From the NCBI GenBank assembly GCA_902790465.1, contig CADASF010000014.1, forward strand, positions 538-64,537: a stretch of DNA of 64,000 nt, given 5' to 3'. The position numbers and the translations under genes are program-made. The notes beneath the pieces were generated by a model. It had not been told where the DNA came from. It searched no databases and saw nothing but the letters and a program-made list of their open reading frames with translations. The DNA is from an uncultured bacterium. Lineage in GTDB: Bacteria; Vulcanimicrobiota; CADAWZ01. Below, one piece after another: positions 28,557 through 39,146 of the stretch. Within the stretch, counting starts at the first letter, position 1. Each line of letters opens with the position of its first letter.

Positions 28557-30183
28557 ATGACGAAGAAATTTTTAATTTTTACACTGTGCCTTTTTATCCT
28601 CGGCACATTTATTTCAGCATGTGGTGGAGGTGGCAAAACAACACCGCCAAACTCTCCATTTTTCCCTATACCTACTCCAACACCTGCAACATATCCTCTT
28701 GAACTTTCAAAGACAGAATTCACTGTAAATATTGGAGAAACAGACAATATCACTGTTACACTAAATGGTGAAGACATCACACAAACTGCTACTTATACTG
28801 TTGACCAAGAAGCAATCGCTACTGTTGAAGCTGGACTTATAACAGGAATTTCTGTAGGAATTGCGACAGTTACTGTACATGCAGAAAATGCGGAAGCTGA
28901 TAAAACATTTACTGTTAATGTCATCGATCCAACTTTACCAAGTCTTGAAGTAAATCCAACAGAAGTTGATTTGATTATTGGTGAAGAAGGGGCTGTAACT
29001 ATTACACTTGAAGGTAAAGATGTAACAGAAGATGTTACTTATACTGTTGATGACAAATCTATTGCAACTGTTGAAAAAGGAAAAATTACTGGAAATAATG
29101 AAGGAACTGCAAATGTTACAGTTTCACTCACAGGAGCAAACAGTGCAATTTTCAAAGTAAATGTAAAATACCTCGAAGTTACATTAAATGACGAGGTACT
29201 CGAGCAGTTAGGATATCAAAAAGTTAAAAATGGAAATTATTATGATATAAAAAAAATAGAAGATGGTACAATTGTAACAAATCTTGAAATACCTGCAACT
29301 TTTCAAGATAATGAGAACAAAAAATGCAAAATAATAGCCTTTACAAAGTGTTACTATTCCTGACAGTGTTACACACATTGAAAATCAGGCTTTTGAATAT
29401 TGCTATTCATTAAAAAGTATTACTATTCCTAACAGTGTTAAACACATTGGAAATGAGGCTTTTAAGTCTTGCACTTCATTAGAAAGTGTTACTATTGGAA
29501 GTGGTCTTACAGCTATTGGACAAATTTTTTATAATTGTTCCAATTTAAAAAATGTTACAATATCTGACAATGTAACACAATTGACGACTAAAAATGGAAC
29601 AAAAATAGATGTTCCTAATGGAATTTCTACAAACAATAATGTAACTTTCATAGATGTTAAAACAACATCAACTATTACAAGTGTTACTATTCCAGATGGA
29701 GTTACAGAAATTCCTGACAAGGCTTTTTGGAACTATCATTCGAACTATAATTCATTGGCAACGATAAATATTCCAAACAGTGTTACAACTATTGGTCAAT
29801 CTGCTATTAAAAATTGTAAATCATTAAAAAGTATTACTATTCCTGACTCTGTTACAACCATTGAAAATGCGGCTTTTTCTGATTGTACTTCATTAGAAAG
29901 TATTACTATTCCAAACGGTGTTACAACTATTGGAAATCAGGCTTTTGAATGTTGCACTTCATTGACAAGTGTTACTTTTGAAAAGAATTCAAATTTGGAA
30001 AGTATTGGATATCAGGCTTTTAGTTATTGCGGTTATTCTAACGACACAGCAAATTTGAACCTCGAGGTTCCAAGCACAGTTACAACTATTGGAAATGCGG
30101 CTTTTGATCATATCAATTTTAAATATAGTGGTACTGCAGAAGATACAAAGGGCAACAACTGGGGCGGAAATAAAATAGAATAA
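28557..30183 (+). pseudogene. Surface lipoprotein with two Big_2 Ig-like domains and a BspA-type leucine-rich repeat (LRR_5) region, disrupted by a frameshift near 29335-29365 (track ORFs 28455..29363 and 29581..30183)
   Basis: Lipobox MTKKFLIFTLCLFILGTFISACGG with an AGGAGA RBS. Big_2 repeats TYTVDQEAIATVEAGLITGISVGIATVTV and TYTVDDKSIATVEKGKITGNNEGTANVTV. Frame 0 stops at 29363, while frame +1 is open from 29338 and continues the LRR units (IPDSVTHIENQAFEYCYSLKSITIPNSVKHIGNEAFKSCTSLESVTIG...) into the 29581 ORF. Confidence 0.6.
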
Positions 30184-30200
30184 CAGAGTAAAAGCGAGTA

Positions 30201-30243
30201 AAACAACTCCACTTATCAAATCTGATAAGTGGAGTTGTTTTAT
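30201..30243. terminator. Strong Rho-independent terminator
   Basis: 17-bp stem AACAACTCCACTTATCA / TGATAAGTGGAGTTGTT followed by TTTTAT. Confidence 0.7.
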
Positions 30244-30367
30244 GTTATATTACAAAATCAAAAATTTTCCTTTTATTTTTCTATCTTCTATTTTTTTGTA
30301 AAATGTGCTATAATAATAAAAATATAAATATGCTCCTTCTATCAAAGAAGCCAAAAGGGAGGAAAAA

Positions 30368-31180
30368 ATGAAAATAGGACTTTGCCAAACAATGATTCAA
30401 AAAGAGATGGATAAAAATCTTGAATCTGCTTCAAAACATATTGCAATAGCACATGAACAAAATGCAGAAATGGTGATTTTACCTGAAATGTTTGCGATTG
30501 ATTATTCACTTCAAAACATAAAAAAGTCTGCTCAAAAATTGAAAAGTGGTGAAAAAATATATGACTTCCTTTCTGAACAATCAAAAAAATATAACATAAC
30601 ACTTATTGGGGGAACTGTTGCAGAACTTACAGATGACAACAAAATTTACAACACATGTCCAATATTTAAAAATGGAGAATTTATAGCCAAATACAGCAAA
30701 ATACATTTATTTGATGTTGATATAAAAAACAAGATTACATTTAAAGAATCATCTGTTTTATCAGCAGGAGATAAAATAACAACATTCGATTTAAATAATA
30801 CCAAAATAGGTGTAGCAATATGTTATGACATAAGATTTGCAGAACAGGCAATAAAAATGGCGGATTTAGGCTGTGAAATAATTGTATATCCAACGGCTTT
30901 TAGTCTTGTAACAGGACCATATCACTGGGAATTGACAGCAAGAGCAAGAGCTTTGGATTCTCAATCTTATGTATGTGCTGTCTGTACTGCTCGAAATATG
31001 GAACTTGACTATAAAACTTATGGTCATTCTATTGTATGTGATCCTTATGGTCAAATAGTTTTTCAAATGGGCATAGAAGAAGAGACGAGAATTTTTGAAT
31101 TTAACAAAAACAGAGTTAAAGAAATAAGAGAAGAAATTCCGATGGTTAATTGGAGGAAAGCAAATAAAGCGTGTTGGTAA
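30368..31180 (+). CDS. Carbon-nitrogen hydrolase family protein (omega-amidase/Nit2-like)
   Basis: MKIGLCQT...EMVILPEMF...(Glu), a Lys in KIHLFD, and the AICYDIRF catalytic Cys region. Confidence 0.8.
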   Translation: MKIGLCQTMIQKEMDKNLESASKHIAIAHEQNAEMVILPEMFAIDYSLQNIKKSAQKLKSGEKIYDFLSEQSKKYNITLIGGTVAELTDDNKIYNTCPIFKNGEFIAKYSKIHLFDVDIKNKITFKESSVLSAGDKITTFDLNNTKIGVAICYDIRFAEQAIKMADLGCEIIVYPTAFSLVTGPYHWELTARARALDSQSYVCAVCTARNMELDYKTYGHSIVCDPYGQIVFQMGIEEETRIFEFNKNRVKEIREEIPMVNWRKANKACW

Positions 31181-31279
31181 ATTCAAAAATTTATAAAGAT
31201 AAAAGATAACAAAGGTTTTTTGAGAAAAATAAAGAAGTTATATTGTTTGATGAATTAAATAAGAAGTAGGTATATTATT

Positions 31280-32320
31280 TTGAAAAGAAAGTTACTATTG
31301 TTTTTAATATTTTCACTTGTGATATTTTTACCTTCATGTGCTCCAAGGACAGATAATATGATTCAATATGCAGAAGGTCCATCAATAAAGATATGTACGA
31401 CAATATCCCCAATATATTCAATAACAGCAGATGTCGTATCAACCAGAGAAAAAATAGCTGTTGTACAGATGTTTCCTTCAGCAAAAAATATTGAAGACTA
31501 TAAAATGGGAGAAGCAGAATATACATATTATTCCAATTTTGACTTAGTAATAATAAATGGTATGGGGCTTGATAATGAGATAGCAGAAAGATTAAAAAAT
31601 ATCAATCCAAACATAAAAATATGTGATGCTTCTTTGGGAATAGACCCAATTATAGATGAAAATGGTGAAAAAAATAAAAAAATTTGGTCAAGTCCATTAA
31701 ATCAACTGATAATGTATCAGAATATTGCAAATGCAATAATGGAAATAGATAAAATGCCTCTTGTTGTTACTAAAGAAAATGAACAACCAAATGAAGCAAC
31801 AATAAAACAGAATAAAACAATAACAAACAATAATGAAGCTATAGTTAAAGAATACAAAACAAGATTTTTATATTTCGAAGATTTATTAAAAAATGATATA
31901 ACAGTAGAAAAATCAATAGCTCCAAAAGCAGATTTACAAAATTTACAATCAAATAAAGAAAAAAATAAAAAAGAAGCCGTTCAAGGCTCTAAAGAAGAAA
32001 AAACAAATATAGATAAATTGCAAATAACTGAAGAAACTAAAAAAGAGATTTTAGACCAGATAAAAATAAAAACATCAAAAAAAGCAATAGTCAAAGATGA
32101 TTCATTTGACTATCTTTTAAAAGACTGTTCTATAGAAAAAGCACAATCTAAAGAAAATTCAATAGAAATTGGAAATTTTGAAACAGACAGTGATTCTAAC
32201 AATAAATGTCTTTTAAAAGATATAGCTAAACAGGAAGAAATAATGCCAAATACTGCTGAAGAAACAGTAAAATACAATATGAAGAAACTAAAATTTTACT
32301 TTGGAGAAAATAAAAAGTAA
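31280..32320 (+). CDS. Lipoprotein with a degenerate TroA/ZnuA-like N-terminal region and a Lys/Glu-rich low-complexity C-terminal half
   Basis: Lipobox LPSCAP. NFDLVIINGMGLDNEIAERL resembles the ZnuA/TroA block (ADLVVYNGLGLE); this is a weak resemblance. Confidence 0.4.
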   Translation: MKRKLLLFLIFSLVIFLPSCAPRTDNMIQYAEGPSIKICTTISPIYSITADVVSTREKIAVVQMFPSAKNIEDYKMGEAEYTYYSNFDLVIINGMGLDNEIAERLKNINPNIKICDASLGIDPIIDENGEKNKKIWSSPLNQLIMYQNIANAIMEIDKMPLVVTKENEQPNEATIKQNKTITNNNEAIVKEYKTRFLYFEDLLKNDITVEKSIAPKADLQNLQSNKEKNKKEAVQGSKEEKTNIDKLQITEETKKEILDQIKIKTSKKAIVKDDSFDYLLKDCSIEKAQSKENSIEIGNFETDSDSNNKCLLKDIAKQEEIMPNTAEETVKYNMKKLKFYFGENKK

Positions 32321-34729
32321 GTGATTCCATTTATAACCTCCATTTCAGAATGGAGCATTTTCAAGACATCTAAAGAAGAAATAGATAATTACTTAAAAGG
32401 TATCAATATAAAAAGACCTTTAAAACAATCCCTCATGAGAAGAGGAATAAAAGATATAAAAGATTATGAGGATTTTTTATCTGATGATCTATCTAAACTT
32501 TTAAATCCTTTTCTATTGAAAGATATGGATAAAGCTATTGATATTTTTTTAAGATCATTCAAAAATGGAGAAAAAATACGAATATTTGGAGACTACGATG
32601 CCGACGGAATAACTGCAACTTCAATTCTTGTCAGATTTATAAAAGAATTGGGAGGAAATGTAGATTATTCTATTCCAAATAGGCTTGAAGATGGTTATGG
32701 AATATCTGATGAAGGATTGAACTCAGCAAAAACAGACGGAATATCACTTGCAATAACAGTTGACTGTGGCATATCTGAAATGAAAAAGATAACAGAAATG
32801 AAAAAACAAGGTCTTTCTGTTATAATTTCAGACCACCATACAGTTCCAAAAGAGCTTCCACCTGCAGATGCAATTATAAATCCAATGAATCCCCAATGTA
32901 ATTATCCTTGTAAATATCTGTCAGGCGTTGGCATTGCATTTAAATTTATATGTGCAGTTTGTCAAAAATTAAATAAACCTTTTCCCAAAAAATATTTGAT
33001 ACCTACTGCTGTTGGTCTCATTGGAGACTTAATGCCAGCAAAAGACGAAGTAAGGATAATCTTAAAAAATGCAATTTCAATAATAAACGCAGGAAATAAT
33101 GATTGGAAAGGGATAGAAAGTTTAATAAATTATTCTACAACATCAAAAGTTACAAGCAGAACTATTGGATATAGTATATGTCCAAAAATAAATGCCTCTG
33201 GAAGAATTGGAGATGCCTCTATTTCAGTTAAATTGTTGCTATCTCAAACAGAAGAAGAAGCCGATAATTATCTAAATGAACTAATTGAGATGAATAAGAC
33301 AAGACAAAAGATAGAAGAAAAAATGCGAAAAACTATCTTATTCAAACTTCAGGATTCTGGAGACCTTATAAATAGCAATGTCATAGCTGAAGCTGGAGAT
33401 TACCTACATGTAGGGGTACTTGGTATAACAGCCTCTAAATTGGCAGAAACATTTAAAATGCCAGTTTTTCTGTGTGCTTTGACAAATGGAATTGGAAGAG
33501 GTTCTGCAAGGGCTTATGGCGGTTATAATATCCATTCGATACTTGAAAAAAATTCAGATATACTTGAATCCTATGGTGGACATGTCCAAGCAGGCGGTTT
33601 TTCTATTAAAGAAGAAAATTTTCCAATATTTAAAGAAAGAATTAAAAACGAAGAGCCTGAAAAAGAGGCAGACAAATTTATAAGTGATGGTGAAATGTCA
33701 TTTTCCGAACTCACATTGGAAGCTACTGAAGAACTTTTAAAGCTCGAACCTTATGGCAAAGACAATGAAGAACCTGTTTTTTTATTCAAAAATGTAAAAT
33801 TTACAGAAATAAAAAAAGCATCGAAAAATACATTAATCGCAACAATAGAACAAAATGGAATAGAATTAAAAGGCATTGCATTTGGAAAGGCAGAGCTGGC
33901 AGATTCAATAAAAATTGATGACTTAAAATATGATATTTTTGCATATCCTTATGTAAATGAATTCAATGGAACAAAATCTGTAAATTTAGAATTATCTTCA
34001 ATATTGCAAGCGGAACAAGTAGTAAATTCAATTATTGAGGAAAAAATAAAACTTCCTGAAAAAACAAACGCTCCAATAATATCTGATTCTTCAAAAGTTA
34101 TAAATAAAATGAAATATTTAAAATATTTATCAAATATTTCAAATTGTCTTGTATTGGTAAGAACAAAAGCTGTTCAAAAAACGATTTTAGATGCAGTAAA
34201 GGGAACTAATACAAAAGTCAAATTTATTAAAGATATAGACCAAAAAGATATTTTTGACGATATAATATTTTTTCATCCTCCTGCAACTTTTGATTTATTT
34301 TCAATATCTATATTTAAAAAGGCAAAAAGAATTCACTTTCTTTTTTCAGAAGAAGACATCGAAAATGAAAAACAATTCTATAAAAAAGCATTGCCTTCAA
34401 TTAATTCGATAACAAAAATATTCAACATATTAAAAGACAACAAAAATATAGACAAAGAAAAAATTTTAGAATTGATAACTTCAAATGAAAACATAAATTA
34501 TGCTCATGGCTGTTTTGCTCTTGAATTACTTTCAGAAAATGAAATGCTAAAAGAAGAAGAAATAACACTCGATTTTATAAAATCTTCTGATATTTTTTCA
34601 AGATTACAAGTACAGTCAAAAAAGTTTTTAAAACTTGCTGAAATATATTATGATTCATTTGAAAAATTTTCAAATATTGTATTAAAATATATTATGAATA
34701 TAGAAAATTGCTGTAATAACAACGACTAA
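32321..34729 (+). CDS. recJ: Single-stranded-DNA-specific exonuclease RecJ (DHH + DHHA1) with a ~230 aa C-terminal extension
   Basis: DHH motifs IFGDYDADGITATSIL and DHH at ISDHHTV; DHHA1 GGHVQAGGFSI. GTG start immediately after the upstream stop. Confidence 0.8.
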   Translation: MIPFITSISEWSIFKTSKEEIDNYLKGINIKRPLKQSLMRRGIKDIKDYEDFLSDDLSKLLNPFLLKDMDKAIDIFLRSFKNGEKIRIFGDYDADGITATSILVRFIKELGGNVDYSIPNRLEDGYGISDEGLNSAKTDGISLAITVDCGISEMKKITEMKKQGLSVIISDHHTVPKELPPADAIINPMNPQCNYPCKYLSGVGIAFKFICAVCQKLNKPFPKKYLIPTAVGLIGDLMPAKDEVRIILKNAISIINAGNNDWKGIESLINYSTTSKVTSRTIGYSICPKINASGRIGDASISVKLLLSQTEEEADNYLNELIEMNKTRQKIEEKMRKTILFKLQDSGDLINSNVIAEAGDYLHVGVLGITASKLAETFKMPVFLCALTNGIGRGSARAYGGYNIHSILEKNSDILESYGGHVQAGGFSIKEENFPIFKERIKNEEPEKEADKFISDGEMSFSELTLEATEELLKLEPYGKDNEEPVFLFKNVKFTEIKKASKNTLIATIEQNGIELKGIAFGKAELADSIKIDDLKYDIFAYPYVNEFNGTKSVNLELSSILQAEQVVNSIIEEKIKLPEKTNAPIISDSSKVINKMKYLKYLSNISNCLVLVRTKAVQKTILDAVKGTNTKVKFIKDIDQKDIFDDIIFFHPPATFDLFSISIFKKAKRIHFLFSEEDIENEKQFYKKALPSINSITKIFNILKDNKNIDKEKILELITSNENINYAHGCFALELLSENEMLKEEEITLDFIKSSDIFSRLQVQSKKFLKLAEIYYDSFEKFSNIVLKYIMNIENCCNNND

Positions 34730-34753
34730 AAGCACATAAGAGGCTAAAAAAAA

Positions 34754-37018
34754 ATGGTTGACACTGCCAAACAACAAACAGATATTCAAAAAACAACTAC
34801 ACCGACTATAGAAGAATTAATACAAGAAGTAGCCGATGCTCGTCTTGGTGCAAATTTAGAAATAATCAAAAAAGCATACAATTTTGCAAAAGAACTTCAT
34901 AAAGACCAAAAAAGAAAATCAGGAGAGCCATATATAATTCATCCGCTTTCTGTTGCTATGATTCTTGCAAAAATGAATATGGACGAAAGTACCATAGCAG
35001 CAGCCCTTTTACATGATACAGTAGAAGATACAGATACAACATTAGAAGATATAAGCAGAGAATTTTCTCCTGAAATAGCTGGATTGGTTGACGGAGTTAC
35101 AAAATTGTCCGCTTTTTCTGTTCCAAATGAACAAAATTTGGCAAAAGGAACCGCTTTTAAATCAAGAGCAGACCGACAAGCAGAAAATTTAAGAAAAATT
35201 TTTATATCTATGGCAAAAGATATAAGAGTAATACTTATAAAATTTGCAGATAGACTTCATAATATGCGTACATTGGCATTTATGAGAAAAGACAAACAAG
35301 AAAGAATTGCAAACGAGACACTTACAATTTATGCGGCTATTGCATCTCGTCTCGGTATATGGAAAATGAAATGGGAACTTGAAGACCTCTCTTTTTCCTA
35401 TTTAAATCCGACAGAATATCAACATTTAAAAGAACTTGTCGATGCCAAAATGGCAGATAAGGAAAAAATAATTCAAAATACAGTATCAATCATAACAAAA
35501 GCCCTTGAAGAAGATGAAGTAGATGTTTTGCAAATTTCTGGCAGAAGAAAACATATTTACAGTGTTTGGCAAAAAATAAATCAAAGAGGAAAAGATTTTT
35601 CCGAGATATACGATCTATTTGCAATTAGAGTAATAGTAAATGACATAGAATCATGTTATAAAGTTTTAGGAGCTGTTCACAAATTGTGGACACCTATGAA
35701 AGATAGAATTAAAGATTATATAGCAAGACCAAAATCAAATGGCTATAGATCTCTTCATACAACAGTATATGGTCCAGGTGGCGAACCAATAGAAATCCAA
35801 ATAAGAACAATGGAAATGCACATGGTAAATGAATATGGACCTGCTGCTCACTGGGCTTACAAAGAACGCAGAAATATATCAAGTCAAGATGAATATCCTT
35901 GGGTAAAAAGAATAATTGAGTGGCAAAAAGATTCAAAAGATGTCAGAGACTATATCGACAATATCATAATGGATATAAATGAATCTGAAGTTTTTGTCTA
36001 TACTCCTAAAGGAGATGCAATAGACCTGCCTGCAGGCTCAACACCAATAGATTTTGCATATAGAATCCATACAGATGTAGGTCATAAATGCGTAGGTGCA
36101 AAAGTAAATTCAAATATTGTACCTCTCAATTATAGATTACAAAATGGCGATAGAGTTGAAATCATAACATCTAAAAATGCCAATCCAAGTCTTGATTGGC
36201 TCAATATTTGTCGTGGTACTCATACAAAAATTAAAATTCGTCAATGGTTCAAGAAAGAAAGAAGAGAAGAAAATATCCTAAGGGGAAAAGATATTCTTGA
36301 AAAAGAGTTAAAAAGACTTCAAAGAACAGACAAAAGACTTTCTCCTGAATTGATGACCAATAATGAACTTTTAAACAAAATAGCAATCAAATTAAATTTT
36401 TCTAATCAAGAAGATTTAATTGCTTCTATAGGTTATGGAGAAACTTCAATAACTCAAATTATACAAAAAATAAAAGATGAACTTCCAAAAGAACAAGAAG
36501 AAATATTAATCCAAGCCAAAAAGCCAAATCCCAAAAAGGATAAATTAAATAAAGGTGTCATCGTAAAAGGTGTTGACAATGTTCTTGTTGTTTTTGCTAA
36601 ATGCTGTAATCCAATACCTGGTGATGAAATTGTTGGACACTGGAAAATTGGAACAGGAGTTGCAATTCACAGAAGAAATTGTCCAAATATTCAATCTGAC
36701 AGAATAACAGAAGTCAGATGGGCTGAGTCGAGATCAGACAGAAGGTATCATGTAAAACTTGAAATAGAAGCAAAAGACAGAAGAGGACTTCTCGCAGAAT
36801 TTATGAATGTATTGAGCGAAATGAGGATTCCGACTAATGAATGTAGTGCGAAGGTTAAGAAAAATAAGGCAATAGTTACGATCAGCATAGAAGTTTTTGA
36901 CAAAGCACAGTTAAATTCTGCACTTAGAAAATTGTCTTTAATAAAAGGAGTTGAATCTGCATCAAGAGGTTCTTTGGCAGATGACATATTTTTAATGGGT
37001 AAAAATAGAGATTATTAA
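34754..37018 (+). CDS. rel: Bifunctional (p)ppGpp synthetase/hydrolase Rel/SpoT
   Basis: HD domain HPLSVAMILA...LLHDTVEDT, synthetase motifs RRKHIYSVWQK / YRSLHTTV, and TGS and ACT C-terminal domains. Confidence 0.9.
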   Translation: MVDTAKQQTDIQKTTTPTIEELIQEVADARLGANLEIIKKAYNFAKELHKDQKRKSGEPYIIHPLSVAMILAKMNMDESTIAAALLHDTVEDTDTTLEDISREFSPEIAGLVDGVTKLSAFSVPNEQNLAKGTAFKSRADRQAENLRKIFISMAKDIRVILIKFADRLHNMRTLAFMRKDKQERIANETLTIYAAIASRLGIWKMKWELEDLSFSYLNPTEYQHLKELVDAKMADKEKIIQNTVSIITKALEEDEVDVLQISGRRKHIYSVWQKINQRGKDFSEIYDLFAIRVIVNDIESCYKVLGAVHKLWTPMKDRIKDYIARPKSNGYRSLHTTVYGPGGEPIEIQIRTMEMHMVNEYGPAAHWAYKERRNISSQDEYPWVKRIIEWQKDSKDVRDYIDNIIMDINESEVFVYTPKGDAIDLPAGSTPIDFAYRIHTDVGHKCVGAKVNSNIVPLNYRLQNGDRVEIITSKNANPSLDWLNICRGTHTKIKIRQWFKKERREENILRGKDILEKELKRLQRTDKRLSPELMTNNELLNKIAIKLNFSNQEDLIASIGYGETSITQIIQKIKDELPKEQEEILIQAKKPNPKKDKLNKGVIVKGVDNVLVVFAKCCNPIPGDEIVGHWKIGTGVAIHRRNCPNIQSDRITEVRWAESRSDRRYHVKLEIEAKDRRGLLAEFMNVLSEMRIPTNECSAKVKKNKAIVTISIEVFDKAQLNSALRKLSLIKGVESASRGSLADDIFLMGKNRDY

Positions 37019-37125
37019 GGCGTGTTGATAAACTATTGCCTTATTTCTCTTATGGGAAAAGGACTGGGAAAAAGGACTAGGAAAAAAGACAGAAGAGGAG
37101 AAAGGAAAGGGACTGGACAAAAGAG

Positions 37126-37578
37126 ATGAGAGCTGTTGTACAAAGAGTTTCAAAAGCAAATGTTCTTTCAGAGGGTATAGAAAGCGGAAAAATTGAAGAA
37201 GGTCTTGTCGTTTTACTCGGTGTTGAAGAAAATGACACAGAAAAAGATGTCGAATACATAGCAGACAAAACGGCAAATATGAGAATATTCAAAGATTCTG
37301 AAGACAAAATGAATCTTTCTGTTAAAGATATAAATGGAAGTGTGCTTGCAATATCTCAATTTACACTTCTTGGCGATTGTCGGCATGGAAGAAGACCCAG
37401 TTTTTCCAATGCTGGAAAGCCTGAAATGGCAAATGAACTATACATGAAATATATGGACTGCCTGACAAAAAAATATGGATTGCATGTTGAATCAGGCGTT
37501 TTCAGAACTTCAATGACAGTAAATATCTGTAATGAAGGACCTGTAACAATAATGCTCGACAGCAAAAAGACTTTTTAA
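37126..37578 (+). CDS. dtd: D-aminoacyl-tRNA deacylase
   Basis: MRAVVQRV...SQFTLLGD...NEGPVT motifs; 150 aa. Confidence 0.9.
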   Translation: MRAVVQRVSKANVLSEGIESGKIEEGLVVLLGVEENDTEKDVEYIADKTANMRIFKDSEDKMNLSVKDINGSVLAISQFTLLGDCRHGRRPSFSNAGKPEMANELYMKYMDCLTKKYGLHVESGVFRTSMTVNICNEGPVTIMLDSKKTF

Positions 37579-37580
37579 GC

Positions 37581-38888
37581 ATGATAAACAAATTATTCAA
37601 AAAATTTAAGGCAGAACAAATATATCCAGTAGTTATATTAATTACTGGATTTTTAGCATATTCTAATATTTTTTTACCAACTTATGTTGAAGATTTCAAA
37701 AAAATCTTCACTGCTCCCCAATTAAATCTTATTTACAATGATTTTTGGAATTTTATCTGTAACATATTTAATATAACAAATACAAGCAAAGGATCTGCCA
37801 ATTTATCTTCTCACAATATTGGGAATCAAATAATATTTTTAATATCAATATTTTTGATATATAAATTTTTATCAAAAACACTAAAAAATTTAAATACTGC
37901 TTTTTGGGCTTCAATGATATATTCTGTACATCCGACCCACATAGAAAGTCTAATTTTAAATTCAGGAAGTCAAAATAATAATATATCTATCTGTTTTATG
38001 TTGTCTTCTTTTTTGACATTCATAAAAACAATGGAAGAAGAAAAAGAAAAAAAGAAAAATATACCACATAACGATTTACCAAGTTCACTTTTAGCTCTCG
38101 GACTATATGGATTTTCATTAAGAGATGGTGGAATTTCGGCAATATATCCATTGCTCATCCCCCTTTGGACTTTTTTCTTTAAAAAAGAAAACATGAAAAA
38201 AGCACTAAAATTTGCTGGATTGACGGCAATAATGGCAATCATTTATGGAATAAATTTCTGTCAAAAAAATCACATATCAATATCAAATATTTTTCAAAAT
38301 AAAGATATACTTGATATAACATCTGTAATTGGAAAATATTTAGAATCTATAACAACTTGTTCAAATATATCAACAATATTTTCAATACCAAATAAATATA
38401 TTTATAGCATTGTTTTTTTTGTGATAATAGGAATTGCAATTTATATATGTATAAAATCAACAAATAAAATTTACAAATTCTGTTTGGGATTATTTTCACT
38501 ATCAATTCTCCCCTATTCTCACATCTTTGATCAAATGCCAATTCCAACAAATGATTATTTAGCAATTCCTTCACTTTCTTTTGCAACAGCATTGACAACT
38601 AAAATTTTAGAAGTAAAAGAACAAATAGCTGAGAAAAAACAGAAGAAAAATATATTCTCAAATATATTCAGTTTAAAAGGTTTTGCCTATACAAGTCTAA
38701 TTGCTATATGTATCTATTATTTAACAACAACAATGATTCAAGGAAATTATTTTCACAAACATGCCGAACAATTTATTAATCTAAAAATATTACAACAAGT
38801 AAATCCAAGTAAAATAAATATAGATAAGTTTAAAAATCAAAATTATAAAAAAATACAAGAATTATTCAAGAAATATACTCAAAAATAA
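37581..38888 (+). CDS. Polytopic membrane protein, function unknown
   Basis: Multiple hydrophobic helices; no catalytic motif recognised. Confidence 0.5.
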   Translation: MINKLFKKFKAEQIYPVVILITGFLAYSNIFLPTYVEDFKKIFTAPQLNLIYNDFWNFICNIFNITNTSKGSANLSSHNIGNQIIFLISIFLIYKFLSKTLKNLNTAFWASMIYSVHPTHIESLILNSGSQNNNISICFMLSSFLTFIKTMEEEKEKKKNIPHNDLPSSLLALGLYGFSLRDGGISAIYPLLIPLWTFFFKKENMKKALKFAGLTAIMAIIYGINFCQKNHISISNIFQNKDILDITSVIGKYLESITTCSNISTIFSIPNKYIYSIVFFVIIGIAIYICIKSTNKIYKFCLGLFSLSILPYSHIFDQMPIPTNDYLAIPSLSFATALTTKILEVKEQIAEKKQKKNIFSNIFSLKGFAYTSLIAICIYYLTTTMIQGNYFHKHAEQFINLKILQQVNPSKINIDKFKNQNYKKIQELFKKYTQK

Positions 38889-38900
38889 AAAATATGACAT

Positions 38901-38946
38901 AAAAAAATTAGGTGTGAAAATTAATTTCACACCTAATTTAAAAAAC
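38901..38946. terminator. Bidirectional Rho-independent terminator shared by the convergent membrane-protein gene and the SCIFF gene
   Basis: 13-bp stem ATTAGGTGTGAAA / TTTCACACCTAAT with A/T runs on both sides. Confidence 0.65.
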
Positions 38947-38951
38947 TAAAA

Positions 38952-39119
38952 TTATCTTCTCTTTTCACATGGGACATTGCCTACTGTGCAAGAAGTTTTG
39001 CATGCAGACTGACAAGATGTTGCACAATTTGCACATTCTTTTGAAAACTCTTCTTTTTTCCATGGTGCGGAAATTTGAGAAGCAAATTCAAATTTTTCTT
39101 CTTTTTTTGTGTTTTGCAT
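38952..39119 (-). CDS. scfA: SCIFF-family ribosomal peptide precursor ('six cysteines in forty-five residues', ranthipeptide/ScfA-like); 55 aa, absent from the ORF track
   Basis: Manual translation of the minus strand gives MQNTKKEEKFEFASQISAPWKKEEFSKECANCATSCQSACKTSCTVGNVPCEKRR. The core C-x2-C-x-TSCQSACKTSCTVGN-x2-CE matches the recalled SCIFF signature (GGCGECQTSCQSACKTSCTVxNQxCE). It has an AGGAGA RBS 6 nt upstream of the ATG and a terminator downstream. Confidence 0.8.
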   Translation of the reverse strand: MQNTKKEEKFEFASQISAPWKKEEFSKECANCATSCQSACKTSCTVGNVPCEKRR

Positions 39120-39146
39120 TGTATTCTCCTAAATATATCAAAAAAA

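Noticed and set aside
28445-28780. 111-aa minus-strand ORF overlapping the lipoprotein 5' end
   Set aside because: It is antisense to a gene with a clear RBS, lipobox and domain content, and has no RBS or motifs of its own.
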